DNA of 64,000 bases from Eledone cirrhosa (taxonomy: Eukaryota), in NCBI GenBank assembly GCA_964016885.1, contig OZ024746.1, positions 100,378,001 through 100,442,000 on the forward strand, written 5' to 3'. The notes beneath the pieces were generated by a model. The model was not told where the DNA came from. It worked only from the letters and a program-made list of their open reading frames with translations, and did no database searches. Positions 47,961 to 61,664 of this stretch are shown piece by piece (position 1 is the stretch's first letter; every line of letters begins with the position of its first letter). Position numbers and translations under genes: made by a program.

Positions 47961-48315
47961 CATACATGACAACAAAAAAGTACATTACTAGAAATCCCAT
48001 ACGTTATAAAATAAATAGGATGGGTTGGGTTAGGGCGCAGTATGTAAACTAAATGACTAATTTTTTTTTTTTTTTAAATCAACAGAGACAACCCAGAAAA
48101 AATACTGATTCCCCCCCTCCCCACTTATTCTGCCTGTCACCTCTGCTTATTCCAACTTCATTTTACCCCTTACCCTATTATTTGGGAGACCTGAGAGTAA
48201 GTAGATCTATACAAATGTCATCAACATACAGATGAAATAAAAGCTTATATTAATAGAACAGTAAAAGAGACAATGATGATGATTGTAACATCTTTTTTTA
48301 CATTTATTCTGTTAA

Positions 48316-48526
48316 CCCTTTAGCATTTAAACTGGCCACGTCTGGCCAGGATTCTCTCACCTCTTTCTGTTCAGACTGGCCGCTCATACTTATGTTAAGG
48401 TATTGTTCTCAAAATAAACACTATCAAAATCTCATAGATTCAATATTATGTGAGATTATTGTGTAAGATAAAGCCTTTATCATGAAAATACAATAGTAAA
48501 TATAGAGTAATGTAAATGTTAAAAGG
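48316..48526. mobile_element. piggyBac-like MITE
   Basis: TTAA|CCCTTTAGCATTTA ... TAAATGTTAAAAGG|TTAA; related copies at about 29640-30198 and 34890-35118. Confidence 0.72.
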
Positions 48527-48601
48527 TTAAATGTCTTTTAATATGTTAGACTGTTTTATTTCTGAGGAAATAATTTTAAAATCATATAAATAAATACATA
48601 C

Positions 48602-48694
48602 AAATTTAATCTGTGTGCTTTCACATAGTTGCTGAGCTGTTAACACATTAGCTGTATTGTACTGTAGGAGACACGCCATTTGAAAGGTTGAAGC
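48602..48694 (-). CDS. CUL1: Cullin-1 exon
   Basis: cag|ASTFQMACLLQYNTANVLTAQQLCESTQIKF|gtatgt (93 nt). Confidence 0.95.
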
Positions 48695-48753
48695 CTGCAA
48701 TGAAAGAAATAGTATCATAAACAATGCATTTATGTTTGGTTTTTGGAGATAAA

Positions 48754-49333
48754 CTAGACCACCCATGACCCGTTGGGTCATGTTCACTTCAAAATATTTC
48801 TTAAAAATCATGTTCTTAAAAATAAATTTTAAATAATTAAAATATACAGACATGTATATAATGTGAAATGAAACTGGAAGGCCCTTATATATATATATGT
48901 GTGTATGTATATATATATATATAAATGTGTGTGTTTGTATACATATATATATATATATATATATATATGTGGGTGTCTGTGATCTATATACACTGGTCAT
49001 AGACACACACACATACACTCGCATATATATACAACACCACCAGCTCTCTCTCTTATCCATTCTCTTTCTCTCTCTTCCATTCTCCTTCTCTCCCTCTCTC
49101 TATGTCTCTTTCAATCTACTCTTTCTCTCTATCCTTCTCTCTCTCTGTTTATGAAGGTACCTGGAAAAACCCCATATCTCGGGAACCCGTGCTCCGATTT
49201 ACGCGAAACTCGTTTTATTCCATTTGTATCCCCATTTCAGGGTCGACTTCCTTTCAAAGTATTTATCCATTATGTACCCTATTGGCTGTATTACAGACAA
49301 GCAAGCAAGCACAGAGTTTTAGTAATATATAGA
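48754..49333 (-). mobile_element. Non-autonomous Helitron (second copy)
   Basis: Minus strand A|TCTATATATTACTAAAACTC ... ATGACCC-AAC-GGGTCAT hairpin, GGGTGGT-CTAG|T. Confidence 0.85.
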
Positions 49334-49444
49334 TCGAAAGTACTAATACAATTTAAAAGGGACAGTCAGATCTTAGCTGTAATTTTCTATAATTCCCAAG
49401 TATAAAGTGGTTGGTGTTAGGAAGAGTATCCAGCCATAGAAAGC

Positions 49445-50395
49445 TTGCGTATGTGTAAACCTGCATGTATGTGCATACCATTCTGTGTATGTATCTGTAT
49501 ACCTGTATGTGTGTGTGTGTGAATTTGTATGGCTATGTGAGTGTCTGTATGCTTGTGCGAGTGTGTATCTGTATGCTTGTGTAAGTGTTGTGTGTATGTC
49601 TATATGCCTGTGTGTACATGTGTGTATACCTCTGTGCGTGTGCGCGCGTATGTGTATGCCTGTGTGAGTGTATATGCATGCGTGTATGCCTATGTGAGTG
49701 TACCAGTCTATATGCCAGTGTGTGTACACCAGTGTGTGTGTGTGTGTGCACCAGTGTGTACGCCAGTGTGTGAGTGTATACACTATGTGTGTGCACATGC
49801 CAGTGTGTGTGTGTGTATGTGAGAGAGTGTATACGCCAGCGTGTGTGCTTGTGTGAGTACGCCAGTGTGTGTATGTGAGAGTGTGTACGCCAGCGTGTGT
49901 GTGTGTGTGTGCTTGTGTGAGTACGCCAGTGTGTGTGTGTGAGAGAATGTGTACGCCAGCGTGTGTGTGTGTGAGTACGCCAGTGTGTGTGTGAGAGAGT
50001 GTGTACGCCAGCATGTGTGTGTATACGACAGTTAAGATATTAACAGTGTCAGCTAATGTACAAGAAATACACCAATATACCACATTATAGGAACAAAAAC
50101 ATTTTCATTGAATCTTAAACAAATCTCAACCTCTCTCCATATCTCTCTCTGTCTCTCTCCACCCCCTCTCCATCACTGTCTTCACCCCCTCTCCATATCT
50201 CTCTCTGTCTCTCTCCACCCCCTCTCCATATCTCTCTCTGTCTCTCTCCATCTCTCTGTCTTCACACCCTCTCCATATCTCTCTGTCTCTCTCCACCCCC
50301 TCTCCATCTCTGTCTTCACCCCTGCCCCTATCTTTCTCTGTCTCCACCCTATCCCCCTCTCTGTATCTCTTTCTGCCCCCCCCCTCTCTCTCATA
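49445..50395. repeat. Compound (TG)-rich then (CT)-rich low-complexity repeats
   Basis: GTACGCCAGTGTGTG and CTCTCCATATCTCTCTGT units. Confidence 0.85.
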
Positions 50396-50442
50396 CAATT
50401 TTTTAAAACTGCTGATATAAACTGCAAGTTTATTTTGTATAT

Positions 50443-53400
50443 ATAAGTTAAGTAAAGGCAGCAGCAGCCAGATGTGGACGGACAGAGCTATTGTAGAGGA
50501 CAGAGTTTGTATAAGTTAAGTAAAGCAGCAGCAGCCAGATGTGGACGGACAGGGCTATTGTAGAGGACAGAGTTTGTATAAGTTAAGTAAAGGCAGCAGC
50601 AGCCAGATGTGGACGGACAGGGCTATTGTAGAGGACAGAGTTTGTATAAGTTAAGTAAAGGCAGCAGCAGCCAGATGTGGAGGGACAGGGCTATTGTAGA
50701 GGACAGAGTTTGTATAAGTTAAGTAAAGCAGCAGCAGCCAGATGTGGACGGACAGGGCTATTGTAGAGGACAGAGTTTGTATAAGTTAAGTAAAGGCAGC
50801 AGCAGCCAGATGTGGACGGACAGGGCTATTGTAGAGGACAGAGTTTGTATAAGTTAAGTAAAGGCAGCAGCAGCCAGATGTGGACGGACAGAGCTATTGT
50901 AGAGGACAGAGTTTGTATAAGTTAAGTAAAGGCAGCAGCAGCCAGATGTGGAGGGACAGAGCTATTGTAGAGGACAGAGTTTGTATAAGTTAAGTAAAGG
51001 CAGCAGCAGCCAGATGTGGAGGGACAGAGCTATTGTAGAGGACAGAGTTTGTATAAGTTAAGTAAAGGCAGCAGCAGCCAGATGTGGAGGGACAGGGCTA
51101 TTGTAGAGGACAGAGTTTGTATAAGTTAAGTAAAGGCAGCAGCAGCCAGATGTGGAGGGACAGAGTTTGTATAAGTTAAGTAAAGGCAGCAGCAGCCAGA
51201 TGTGGAGGGACAGAGTTTGTATAAGTTAAGTAAAGGCAGCAGCAGCCAGATGTGGAGGGACAGAGTTTGTATAAGTTAAGTAAAGGCAGCAGCAGCCAGA
51301 TGTGGAGGGACAGAGTTTGTATAAGTTAAGTAAAGGCAGCAGCAGCCAGATGTGGACGGACAGAGCTATTGTAGAGGACAGAGTTTGTATAAGTTAAGTA
51401 AAAGCAGCAGCAGCCAGATGTGGAGGGACAGAGTTTGTATAAGTTAAGTAAATGCAGCAGCAGCCAGATGTGGACGGACAGAGCTATTGTAGAGGACAGA
51501 GTTTGTATAAGTTAAGTAAAGGCAGCAGCAGCCAGATGTGGAGGGACAGGGCTATTGTAGAGGACAGAGTTTGTATAAGTTAAGTAAATGCAGCAGCAGC
51601 CAGATGTGGAGGGACAGGGCTATTGTAGAGGACAGAGTTTGTATAAGTTAAGTAAATGCAGCAGCAGCCAGATGTGGACGGACAGAGCTATTGTAGAGGA
51701 CAGAGTTTGTATAAGTTAAGTAAAGGCAGCAGCAGCCAGATGTGGAGGGACAGAGTTTGTATAAGTTAAGTAAAGGAAGCAGCAGCCAGATGTGGAGGGA
51801 CAGAGTTTGTATAAGTTAAGTAAAGGCAGCAGCAGCCAGATGTGGAGGGACAGAGCTATTGTAGAGGACAGAGTTTGTATAAGTTAAGTAAAGGAAGCAG
51901 CAGCCAGATGTGGAGGGACAGAGTTTGTATAAGTTAAGTAAAAGCAGCAGCAGCCAGATGTGGAGGGACAGAGTTTGTATAAGTTAAGTAAAGGAAGCAG
52001 CAGCCAGATGTGGAGGGACAGAGCTATTGTAGAGGACAGAGTTTGTATAAGTTAAGTAAAGGCAGCAGCAGCCAGATGTGGAGGGACAGAGTTTGTATAA
52101 GTTAAGTAAAGACAGCAGCAGCCAGATGTGGAGGGACAGGGCTATTGTAGAGGACAGAGTTTGTATAAGTTAAGTAAAGGCAGCAGCAGCCAGATGTGGA
52201 CGGACAGAGCTATTGTGGAGGGACAGAGTTTGTATAAGTTAAGTAAAGGAAGCAGCAGCCAGATGTGGAGGGACAGAGCTATTGTAGAGGACAGAGTTTG
52301 TATAAGTTAAGTAAAAGCAGCAGCAGCCAGATGTGGACGGACAGGGCTATTGTAGAGGACAGAGTTTGTATAAGTTAAGTAAAGGCAGCAGCAGCCAGAT
52401 GTGGAGGGACAGAGCTATTGTAGAGGACAGAGTTTGTATAAGTTAAGTAAAGGCAGCAGCAGCCAGATGTGGAGGGACAGAGCTATTGTAGAGGACAGAG
52501 TTTGTATAAGTTAAGTAAAGGAAGCAGCAGCCAGATGTGGACGGAGAGGGCTATTGTAGAGGACAGAGTTTGTATAAGTTAAGTAAAGGAAGCAGCAGCC
52601 AGATGTGGAGGGACAGAGCTATTGTAGAGGACAGAGTTTGTATAAGTTAAGTAAAGGAAGCAGCAGCCAGATGTGGACGGACAGGGCTATTGTAGAGGAC
52701 AGAGTTTGTATAAGTTAAGTAAATGTAGCAGCAGCCAGATGTGGACGGACAGAGCTATTGTAGAGGACAGAGTTTGTATAAGTTAAGTAAAGGCAGCAGC
52801 AGCCAGATGTGGAGGGACAGGGCTATTGTAGAGGACAGAGTTTGTATAAGTTAAGTAAAGGCAGCAGCAGCCAGATGTGGAGGGACAGGGCTATTGTAGA
52901 GGACAGAGTTTGTATAAGTTAAGTAAATGCAGCAGCAGCCAGATGTGGACGGACAGAGCTATTGTAGAGGACAGAGTTTGTATAAGTTAAGTAAAGGCAG
53001 CAGCAGCCAGATGTGGAGGGACAGAGCTATTGTAGAGGACAGAGTTTGTATAAGTTAAGTAAAGGCAGCAGCAGCCAGATGTGTAGGGACAGAGCTATTG
53101 TAGAGGACAGAGTTTGTATAAGTTAAGTAAAGGCAGCAGCAGCCAGATGTGGACGGACAGAGCTATTGTAGAGGACAGAGTTTGTATAAGTTAAGTAAAG
53201 GCAGCAGCAGCCAGATGTGGAGGGACAGAGCTATTGTAGAGGACAGAGTTTGTATAAGTTAAGTAAAGGCAGCAGCAGCCAGATGTGGACGGACAGAGCT
53301 ATTGTAGAGGACAGAGTTTGTATAAGTTAAGTAAAGGAAGCAGCAGCCAGATGTGGAGGGACAGAGCTATTGTAGAGGACAGAGTTTGTATAAGTTAAGT

Positions 53401-56088
53401 AAAGGCAGCAGCAGCCAGATGTGGAGGGACAGAGTTTGTATAAGTTAAGTAAAGGAAGCAGCAGCCAGATGTGGAGGGACAGAGTTTGTATAAGTTAAGT
53501 AAAGGAAGCAGCAGCCAGATGTGGAGGGACAGAGCTATTGTAGAGGACAGAGTTTGTATAAGTTAAGTAAAGGCAGCAGCAGCCAGATGTGGAGGGACAG
53601 AGCTATTGTAGAGGACAGAGTTTGTATAAGTTAAGTAAATGCAGCAGCAGCCAGATGTGGAGGGACAGAGTTTGTATAAGTTAAGTAAAGGAAGCAGCAG
53701 CCAGATGTGGAGGGACAGAGTTTGTATAAGTTAAGTAAAGGAAGCAGCAGCCAGATGTGGAGGGACAGAGTTTGTATAAGTTAAGTAAAGGCAGCAGCAG
53801 CCAGATGTAGAGGGACAGGGCTATTGTAGAGGACAGAGTTTGTATAAGTTAAGTAAAGGCAGCAGCAGCCAGATGTGGAGGGACAGAGCTATTGTAGAGG
53901 ACAGAGTTTGTATAAGTTAAGTAAAGGCAGCAGCAGCCAGATGTGGACGGACAGGGCTATTGTAGAGGACAGAGTTTGTATAAGTTAAGTAAAGGCAGCA
54001 GCAGCCAGATGTGGAGGGACAGAGCTATTGTAGAGGACAGAGTTTGTATAAGTTAAGTAAAAGCAGCAGCAGCCAGATGTGGAGGGACAGAGCTATTGTA
54101 GAGGACAGAGTTTGTATAAGTTAAGTAAAGGCAGCAGCAGCCAGATGTGGAGGGACAGAGCTATTGTAGAGGACAGAGTTTGTATAAGTTAAGTAAAGGC
54201 AGCAGCAGCCAGATGTGGACGGACAGAGCTATTGTAGAGGACAGAGTTTGTATAAGTTAAGTAAAGGCAGCAGCAGCCAGATGTGGAGGGACAGAGCTAT
54301 TGTAGAGGACAGAGTTTGTATAAGTTAAGTAAAGCAGCAGCAGCCAGATGTGGAGGGACAGAGCTATTGTAGAGGACAGAGTTTGTATAAGTTAAGTAAA
54401 GGAAGCAACAGCCAGATGTGGACGGACAGAGCTATTGTAGAGGACAGAGTTTGTATAAGTTAAGTAAAGGCAGCAGCAGCCAGATGTGGACGGACAGAGC
54501 TATTGTAGAGGACAGAGTTTGTATAAGTTAAGTAAAGGCAGCAGCAGCCAGATGTGGAGGGACATAGTTTGTATAAGTTAAGTAAAGGAAGCAGCAGCCA
54601 GATGTGGACGGACAGAGCTATTGTAGAGGACAGAGTTTGTATAAGTTAAGTAAAGGCAGCAGCAGCCAGATGTGGAGGGACAGAGCTATTGTAGAGGACA
54701 GAGTTTGTATAAGTTAAGTAAAGGCAGCAGCAGCCAGATGTGGACGGACAGAGCTATTGTAGAGGACAGAGTTTGTATAAGTTAAGTAAATGCAGCAGCA
54801 GCCAGATGTGGAGGGACAGAGCTATTGTAGAGGACAGAGTTTGTATAAGTTAAGTAAAGCAGCAGCAGCCAGATGTGGAGGGACAGAGCTATTGTAGAGG
54901 ACAGAGTTTGTATAAGTTAAGTAAAAGCAGCAGCAGCCAGATGTGGACGGACAGAGCTATTGTAGAGGACAGAGTTTGTATAAGTTAAGTAAAGGCAGCA
55001 GCAGCCAGATGTGGAGGGACAGAGTTTGTATAAGTTAAGTAAAGGCAGCAGCAGCCAGATGTGGAGGGACAGAGCTATTGTAGAGGACAGAGTTTGTATA
55101 AGTTAAGTAAAGGCAGCAGCAGCCAGATGTGGAGGGACAGAGCTATTGTAGAGGACAGAGTTTGTATAAGTTAAGTAAAGGCAGCAGCAGCCAGATGTGG
55201 AGGGACAGAGCTATTGTAGAGGACAGAGTTTGTATAAGTTAAGTAAAGGAAGCAGCAGCCAGATGTGGACGGACAGAGCTATTGTAGAGGACAGAGTTTG
55301 TATAAGTTAAGTAAAGGCAGCAGCAGCCAGATGTGGAGGGACAGAGTTTGTATAAGTTAAGTAAAGGAAGCAGCAGCCAGATGTGGACGGACAGAGCTAT
55401 TGTAGAGGACAGAGTTTGTATAAGTTAAGTAAAAGCAGCAGCAGCCAGATGTGGACGGACAGAGCTATTGTAGAGGACAGAGTTTGTATAAGTTAAGTAA
55501 AGGCAGCAGCAGCCAGATGTGGAGGGACAGAGTTTGTATAAGTTAAGTAAAGGCAGCAGCAGCCAGATGTGGAGGGACAGAGCTATTGTAGAGGACAGAG
55601 TTTGTATAAGTTAAGTAAAGGCAGCAGCAGCCAGATGTGGAGGGACAGAGCTATTGTAGAGGACAGAGTTTGTATAAGTTAAGTAAAGGCAGCAGCAGCC
55701 AGATGTGGAGGGACAGAGCTATTGTAGAGGACAGAGTTTGTATAAGTTAAGTAAAGCAGCAGCAGCCAGATGTGGAGGGACAGAGTTTGTATAAGTTAAG
55801 TAAAGGCAGCAGCAGCCAGATGTGGACGGACAGGGCTATTGTAGAGGACAGAGTTTGTATAAGTTAAGTAAATCAGCAGCAGCCAGATGTGGAGGGACAG
55901 AGTTTGTATAAGTTAAGTAAAGGAAGCAGCAGCCAGATGTGGAGGGACAGAGTTTGTATAAGTTAAGTAAAGGCAGCAGCAGCCAGATGTGGACGGACAG
56001 AGCTATTGTAGAGGACAGAGTTTGTATAAGTTAAGTAAAAGCAGCAGCAGCCAGATGTGGACGGACAGAGCTATTGTAGAGGACAGAG
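50443..56088. repeat. 68-bp minisatellite with interspersed 50-bp deletion variant (~5.6 kb) in a CUL1 intron
   Basis: Unit GTATAAGTTAAGTAAAGGCAGCAGCAGCCAGATGTGGAGGGACAGAG[CTATTGTAGAGGACAGAG]TTT. Confidence 0.97.
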
Positions 56089-56114
56089 AACAGAAGAGTT
56101 ATCCAAGAATTAGT

Positions 56115-56675
56115 AAAGGTGATGAGATGAAGTGAAGGGAGGTGAGGTGAGGTGAGGTGAAGGGAGGTGAGGTGAGGTGAAGGGAGGCGAGGCGAGTGGA
56201 GGTGAGGTGAAGGAAGGCAAGTGGAGGTGAGGTGAAGGGAGGCAAGTGGAGGTGAGGTGAAGGGAGGCAAGTGGAGGTGAGGTGAAGGGAGGCAAGTGGA
56301 GGTGAGGTGAGATGAGGTGAGGTGAAGGGAGGTGAGGTGAGGTGAGGTGAGGTGAGGTGAGTGGGGTGGAGGTGAGGTGAAGGAAGATGAGGTGAGTGGG
56401 GGTGGAGGTGAGGTGAAGGGAGATGAGGTGAGTGGGGTGGAGGTGAGGTGAAGGGAGATGAGGTGAGTGGGGTGGAGATGAGATGAAAGGAGATGAGGTG
56501 AAGGGAGGTGACGTGGGGTGAGGTGAGATGAAGGGAGGTGAGGTGAGATGAAGGGAGGTGAGGTGAGATGAGGTGAGGTGAAGGGAGATGAGGTGAAGTG
56601 AAGGGTGATGAGGTGAAGTGAAGGGTGATGAGGTGAGGTGAAGGGAGATGAGATGAGGTGAGGTGAGGGGAGGTG
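56115..56675. repeat. (GGTGA)n-based compound pentanucleotide repeat
   Basis: Purine-rich array that explains the SPHLT ORFs. Confidence 0.93.
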
Positions 56676-57100
56676 TGGAAGTGGTTACATTTAAAATTGA
56701 CATTGGCATTCCATGATAGACATGGTAGATGTGCTAGCAAAGCAGAATATCAAAGCATCTTCCCCAAAATTACTTGAGGTAACACTAAATGAACTGAACA
56801 TAGAAGAACAGATGTGGAGGGGGGTAAGGGGGGGGGGGTACAAATCAGACAGACAAAAGTAAATTTCATTGAACAGACTAAAAGAAATGTAGGTTAATTG
56901 CATCTAAACAAGATTCACGTAAAGCCAGTTTGTGATGAGCAAATTACTTCAGCTAAATGATTTATACAATAAGGAAGTAGAATAAAAAGACACTAAAAAA
57001 AAAACACGGAACAGAAGAGAAATTCAATAAGTGATACTCTCATCAAAGAACTAAAGATTTTACAAGAGAAAATGATTAAAGAGTGCAGTAGAAATATTAC

Positions 57101-57232
57101 CTGCAGGGTATACTTGTTTTTAAAGCAGCCAGTCACTAGTTCTCCTTTAGAGAGATGGTATAACCAATTTAACTTACGACCACTATGTTGACTGCTGTAG
57201 AATGTTGTAAATCTTTGGAAACTTCTTTCAAG
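57101..57232 (-). CDS. CUL1: Cullin-1 exon
   Basis: tag|[44 protein letters not shown]|gtaata (132 nt). Confidence 0.96.
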
Positions 57233-57581
57233 CTATTGAAAAAAAAAAAATAATAATCGTTTCTTATTTATGCACAAGGCCAACAATTTTTTAGAGAGGG
57301 GAAAGTCGATTAAATCAACTCCAGGGCATTACTGATACTTTAGCGTATCAACCCCAAAAGGATGAAAATCAAAGCTGACCTCGGTGAGATTTGAACTCAG
57401 ATCATAAAGGGTCATAACCATGTGTCATAAAGCATGTTGTCAAACAGTCTACCAATATAATAATAATAATAACTGTTTCTACTTTTGGTACAAGGCCAGC
57501 AATTACCCAGTACATTACTGGTACTCTATTTTATCGACCCCCGTAAAGATGAAAGGCAAAGTTAAAATCTTTCTCACACTA

Positions 57582-57910
57582 TGGAGGCACATGGCTTAGT
57601 GGTTAGAGCATTGGCCTTGCAATCGAAAGGTTGTGAGTTCAATTCTCAGACCGAGTGATGTGTTGTTTCCTTGAGCAAGACACTTTATTTCACATTGCTC
57701 CAGTTTACTCAGCTGTAGAAATGAGATGATAGGGACTGGGGTCCCTATCATTCCACTGTAACGGGGAAAAAAAAAGCACCCAGCACTCACTGTAAATGAG
57801 GTTGGTGTTAGGAAGGGCATCCAGCTGTAGAAATCAAGCCAGCATCAATTCCCGTCCCACCCTTGCAAGCAGGGAAAAAGCGGACGTAAAATGAAATGAT
57901 GATGATGACT
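57582..57910 (+). mobile_element. tRNA-derived SINE with CORE-like domain and RTE-type (GAT)n tail
   Basis: A-box TGGCTTAGTGG, B-box GAGTTCAATTC, CCTTGAGCAAGACACTT, AGGAAGGGCATCCAGC. Related pieces at about 27760-27890, 30200-30430, 35135-35245, 37000-37378, 44270-44415 and 63370-63675. Confidence 0.7.
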
Positions 57911-58027
57911 ACTACAAACAACATGATGTATATTAGTCTAATTTAGCATCATGTGTCACACCGTTGTCATCATCATCATCTTTTCCATGCTTGCATGCAT
58001 TGGATGGGTCCTACTTAACTACATGGA

Positions 58028-58241
58028 CAGAAATGGGCTGAGAGAAAGTTGTCCCTCAAAGGTAGGGCAGAGGTGGCAAATGCATACATCGCATCCATCA
58101 TCGACCGTCTTTAGTCATGCCTTGTCCTAAATCCCGTCAGACTGCACTGAAGTGTTTGCTCCTCTGATTTTTGTGTTCTGTTGGTTAGGCAGTCCATCTG
58201 CTGTCAACACCTGCTGCATGGAGGACTGGGAATGCCATAGC
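58028..58241 (+). pseudogene. Degraded Tx1-family ORF2, left piece (split by a CR1 insertion)
   Basis: KWAERKLSLKGRAEVANAYIASII ... SICCQHLLHGGLGMP is collinear with 7178-7404 of the intact element. Confidence 0.85.
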
Positions 58242-61200
58242 GAACAACAACAACAAAAACCGAAGATCGTGTCTTCCTCTACCATTGTTCCTGAAGACAT
58301 AGTTGATCTTCAAGCATTTGCTGCCAGTTCATCCAAAGACTTGGGCTGTGCTCCCGCGAAGGGTGCTCTACGCCTTGGCCGACCAGGCTCGAAACCCAGG
58401 CTAATTAGACTGTCGTTTTCGAACTCAACTGAGGCATGTTCATACTTTATAGCCTCTGATAAAGCTAAGCATGAAAGTCGGATTGCTTTCCGAACACGCC
58501 CTGGTCTTCCACCTGATGTCCACCCAAAGTTGCGTGCTGCAGCTTCATTAAACCGCAGCTTGGCAGAACATGAAAGCTTCAGCCTATGTGATGATGGGCA
58601 GATATGGAAGTTTGTTATGGCTGGTGAAACATGGAAAAGAGATACCAGCTGGTCTGAAAACACTGTACCCACAACTGACAATAAAGAAACTGAAAAGTCT
58701 CTGGGAAACTAAATCAGAATATCCTGCCAATCCCTGCACAAAATCATATACTGGAATCAAGGTACAAATTGTTGTCCTTGAATGCACGTAGTCTATACAA
58801 TAAGATTCATCTTTTTGACTCCTCCATCAAAAGTATCAACCCTGACTTCATTACAGTCACAGAAACTTGGGCACATCCCTTACTCTGATGGGGTTTTCAG
58901 CATAACTGGCTACAACCTGTTTCGTAAAGACCGCATTAATCGTGGTGGTGGTGGTGTACATTCGGTCAAATTTGTCGGCAATTCCTTGTGTTGATTTGAA
59001 CCAATCACAGCAGGAAGTTTTTTTCTGCGATATACGTATGACCATGTCAACACTGCTACTTAGAGTCGTTTACCGTCCCCTAAATTACCATCAGGACACT
59101 CAACTTTGTGATATCCTCAGAGCTGCTGCCAGGAAAACAGCCGCTTATGTTTTTATTGCAGGAGAATTCAATCACCCTGAGATTGACCGGGAAACCTTTC
59201 GTTGGCCGCCAAGTGCAAATGACTTCCTTGAGCTAGTGCTGGACTTGAATTGGTCCCAAGTAGTCACCTCCCCAACAACAGGTGACAACACTTTGAACCT
59301 ACTCTTCACCACTACTCCTGAAACGGTCATTAGTGTTACTGCTGAGGAACCTTTAGGTGACTGATCATGCTATGATCATTGCCAATCTATCCCTCATGGG
59401 CAGTAACAAGAACCACAACCATCTCCAAACTGCTCACTTTGACTGGAATAAAGCAGACTGGAACTGTTACTGCACCAAGTTGCAACGTCCAAACTGGCTT
59501 GAGTTCTACGACTCTGGAGATGTCAACACTGTACTCCAGAACATTCTGAGCTCAATATGGACAGCATGTGCAACATCGGTGCCACGTAAGCGGAAAAAAC
59601 ATCCCAAAAGTGCAATTTGGGAGACTGCAGCAGTCCGTCTTGCCAGAAAAGAACGTCGCAATGCTGAACGTGAGTACAAACTGCACAAATCAGACATTAA
59701 TAGGAAGAGGCGAAATAGATCATCCAACCACCTCAAACAGGTGACAAAAAAGGCAGTGCTTCAATTTGAGCAGCACATAGCAACCAGCCCTGACAGTAAG
59801 GTGTTCTGGAAGTATGTTCACTCAAAGCAGAGGCCTCACTCTCCAGTTGGTCCTCTCACAATCCCCACACAAGCCAGGTTACTGACGACCCCAAGGAATG
59901 CGCAGAGCTCATTGTTGAATGCTATGCAGGCATTTTCACTATTGAAGACCAGAGTGTACCATCTCCACCACCTATGACACCGGATTCTATTACAACCATG
60001 GAATTTACACCTGCAATGCTGCGACGTTACCTAAAAAATAAACGCAACCATGCCTCTCCTGGTCTTGATGGTGTTACGTACCTGCTTCTTAAACGTGGTG
60101 GGTACTTCCTTCTGCACCAGCTATCACGCTTCTTCCAATTCTGTCTGAACAACGGTGCTACTCCAGAACAGTGGAAAACTGCCAGTGTCATTCCTCTGTT
60201 CAAAAAGGGTGACCGCACATCACCTGTGAACTATCGTCCAGTCAGTCTTACTAGTTGCATTGCCAAACTGATGGAATCCTGTGTCAGAGAAACACTTTGG
60301 AACTTCTGGAACTCTCACAGTCTTATCCGGCCCTCGCAATTTGGATTTATCCCCAACTCCAGCTGCTGTGATCAACTTATCGAGTTTCTTGACGACATCA
60401 CCCGGATCATTGATGGCGGCTCATGGGTGGATGTTGTTTACCTTGACTTTGCGAAAGCTTTCAATTCTGTGCCAGGCTTATGGCAAAACTCTCTGTAATG
60501 GGTGTGAAGGATGATCTTTTTAACTGGTTGAAGTCCTTCATTCTCAGTCGAAGAGAGGTAGTTACGGTTCTGGGACAGCATTCCTCACCATATGAGATGT
60601 CATCTGGTGTACCACAGGGATCTGTTCTTGGCCCCCTTTTGTTTGTGGCATATATTAATGACAGATGCCAACTTAAAGAATGCCACAGTACTAAAGTACA
60701 CAGATAACATCAAGCTGTACCTTGAGATAAAAAGAACAGATCCTGAACACTATAGATCTTGAACACTATAGATCTTGCTTACAGTCTGACCTGGACACAA
60801 TGCAACAATGGATCTCAGACTGGCAACTCAAGCTAGCTGTGGACAAGTGCACCACCATGCATTTTGGGAGTAAAAACCCAGCGTCCACATACTCCCTCCA
60901 CAGCACTAATATCAAGAAGTCTTCCTGTGAACGTGACCTGGGCATTACGGTCAGTAGCGATTTGCGTTGGACGAAGCACGTCTCTAAAATTGTCAAGAGG
61001 GCCGAGGGCGTCTTAGCATCACTCAGTAAGACCTTTGTCAGCCGCTCTCCAGCTATCTATTTAAGGCTGTACATGGCTATGGTGCAGCCACACTTAGAAT
61101 TTGCATCACCAGTCTGGAACCCCTAACTTGCTCAGAACATTGAGCGCCTGGAAACTGTTCAGAGACGTGCAACCAAGCGAATACCCTCCATCAGGCATCT

Positions 61201-61664
61201 ACCATACTCTGAATGCCTTGCTTCCCTGGGCATGGATACATTGAAGCTCTGATGCCTGGCAACTGACTTGGTAAACACCCACAAAATTGTTAACCATCTT
61301 GCCAAGGAGTACCTTTTTGATTTCCATGTGTCTAACACACGTGCATGCCCACAGTCAGAAAACAGCACAGTTCCCATGACTTTCGGAAACATTTTATCAC
61401 GCTCAGAGTTGCTGAAGCATGGAACAAACTACCTGCATCAATTGTTAGCTGTCGAGACACTGCATCCTTTAAAACCTCCATGCTTCCCGAGATTCGCCAA
61501 CACTACACCTAATGTTCCCCCTCCATACACGTATATCATGACTCATACACTATTCATTTCCCTGACATCTGTATATTATTCTATGTACTATACATGGACC
61601 TTTGACGAGTTGTAGTGCACCTGAGCACTTTACACAATAATTTCATTATTATTATTATTATTAT
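58242..61664 (+). mobile_element. CR1-clade LINE, 5'-truncated and degraded, with (ATT)n tail
   Basis: ORF1 end RLGRPGSKPRLIRLSF. APE motifs FRKDR..GGGGV, YRP, GEFNHP. RT motifs KKGDRTSPVNYRPVSLTS, YLDFAKAF, GVPQGSVLGPLLF, HLEFASPVWNP, QRRATKRI. Confidence 0.88.

Noticed and set aside
41830-56088. CRISPR-like appearance of the 31-bp and 68-bp arrays
   Set aside because: There are no unique spacers and no cas genes, and both arrays lie in eukaryotic introns.
49373-56740. Long HT/VC/ER/SPHL-rich ORFs
   Set aside because: They are translations of simple repeats.
57582-57655. tRNA gene
   Set aside because: A and B boxes are present but there is no cloverleaf; it is a SINE head.
58152-58712. 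186-aa ORF as a single gene
   Set aside because: It is a chimera of out-of-frame Tx1 relic and CR1 ORF1 C-terminus.
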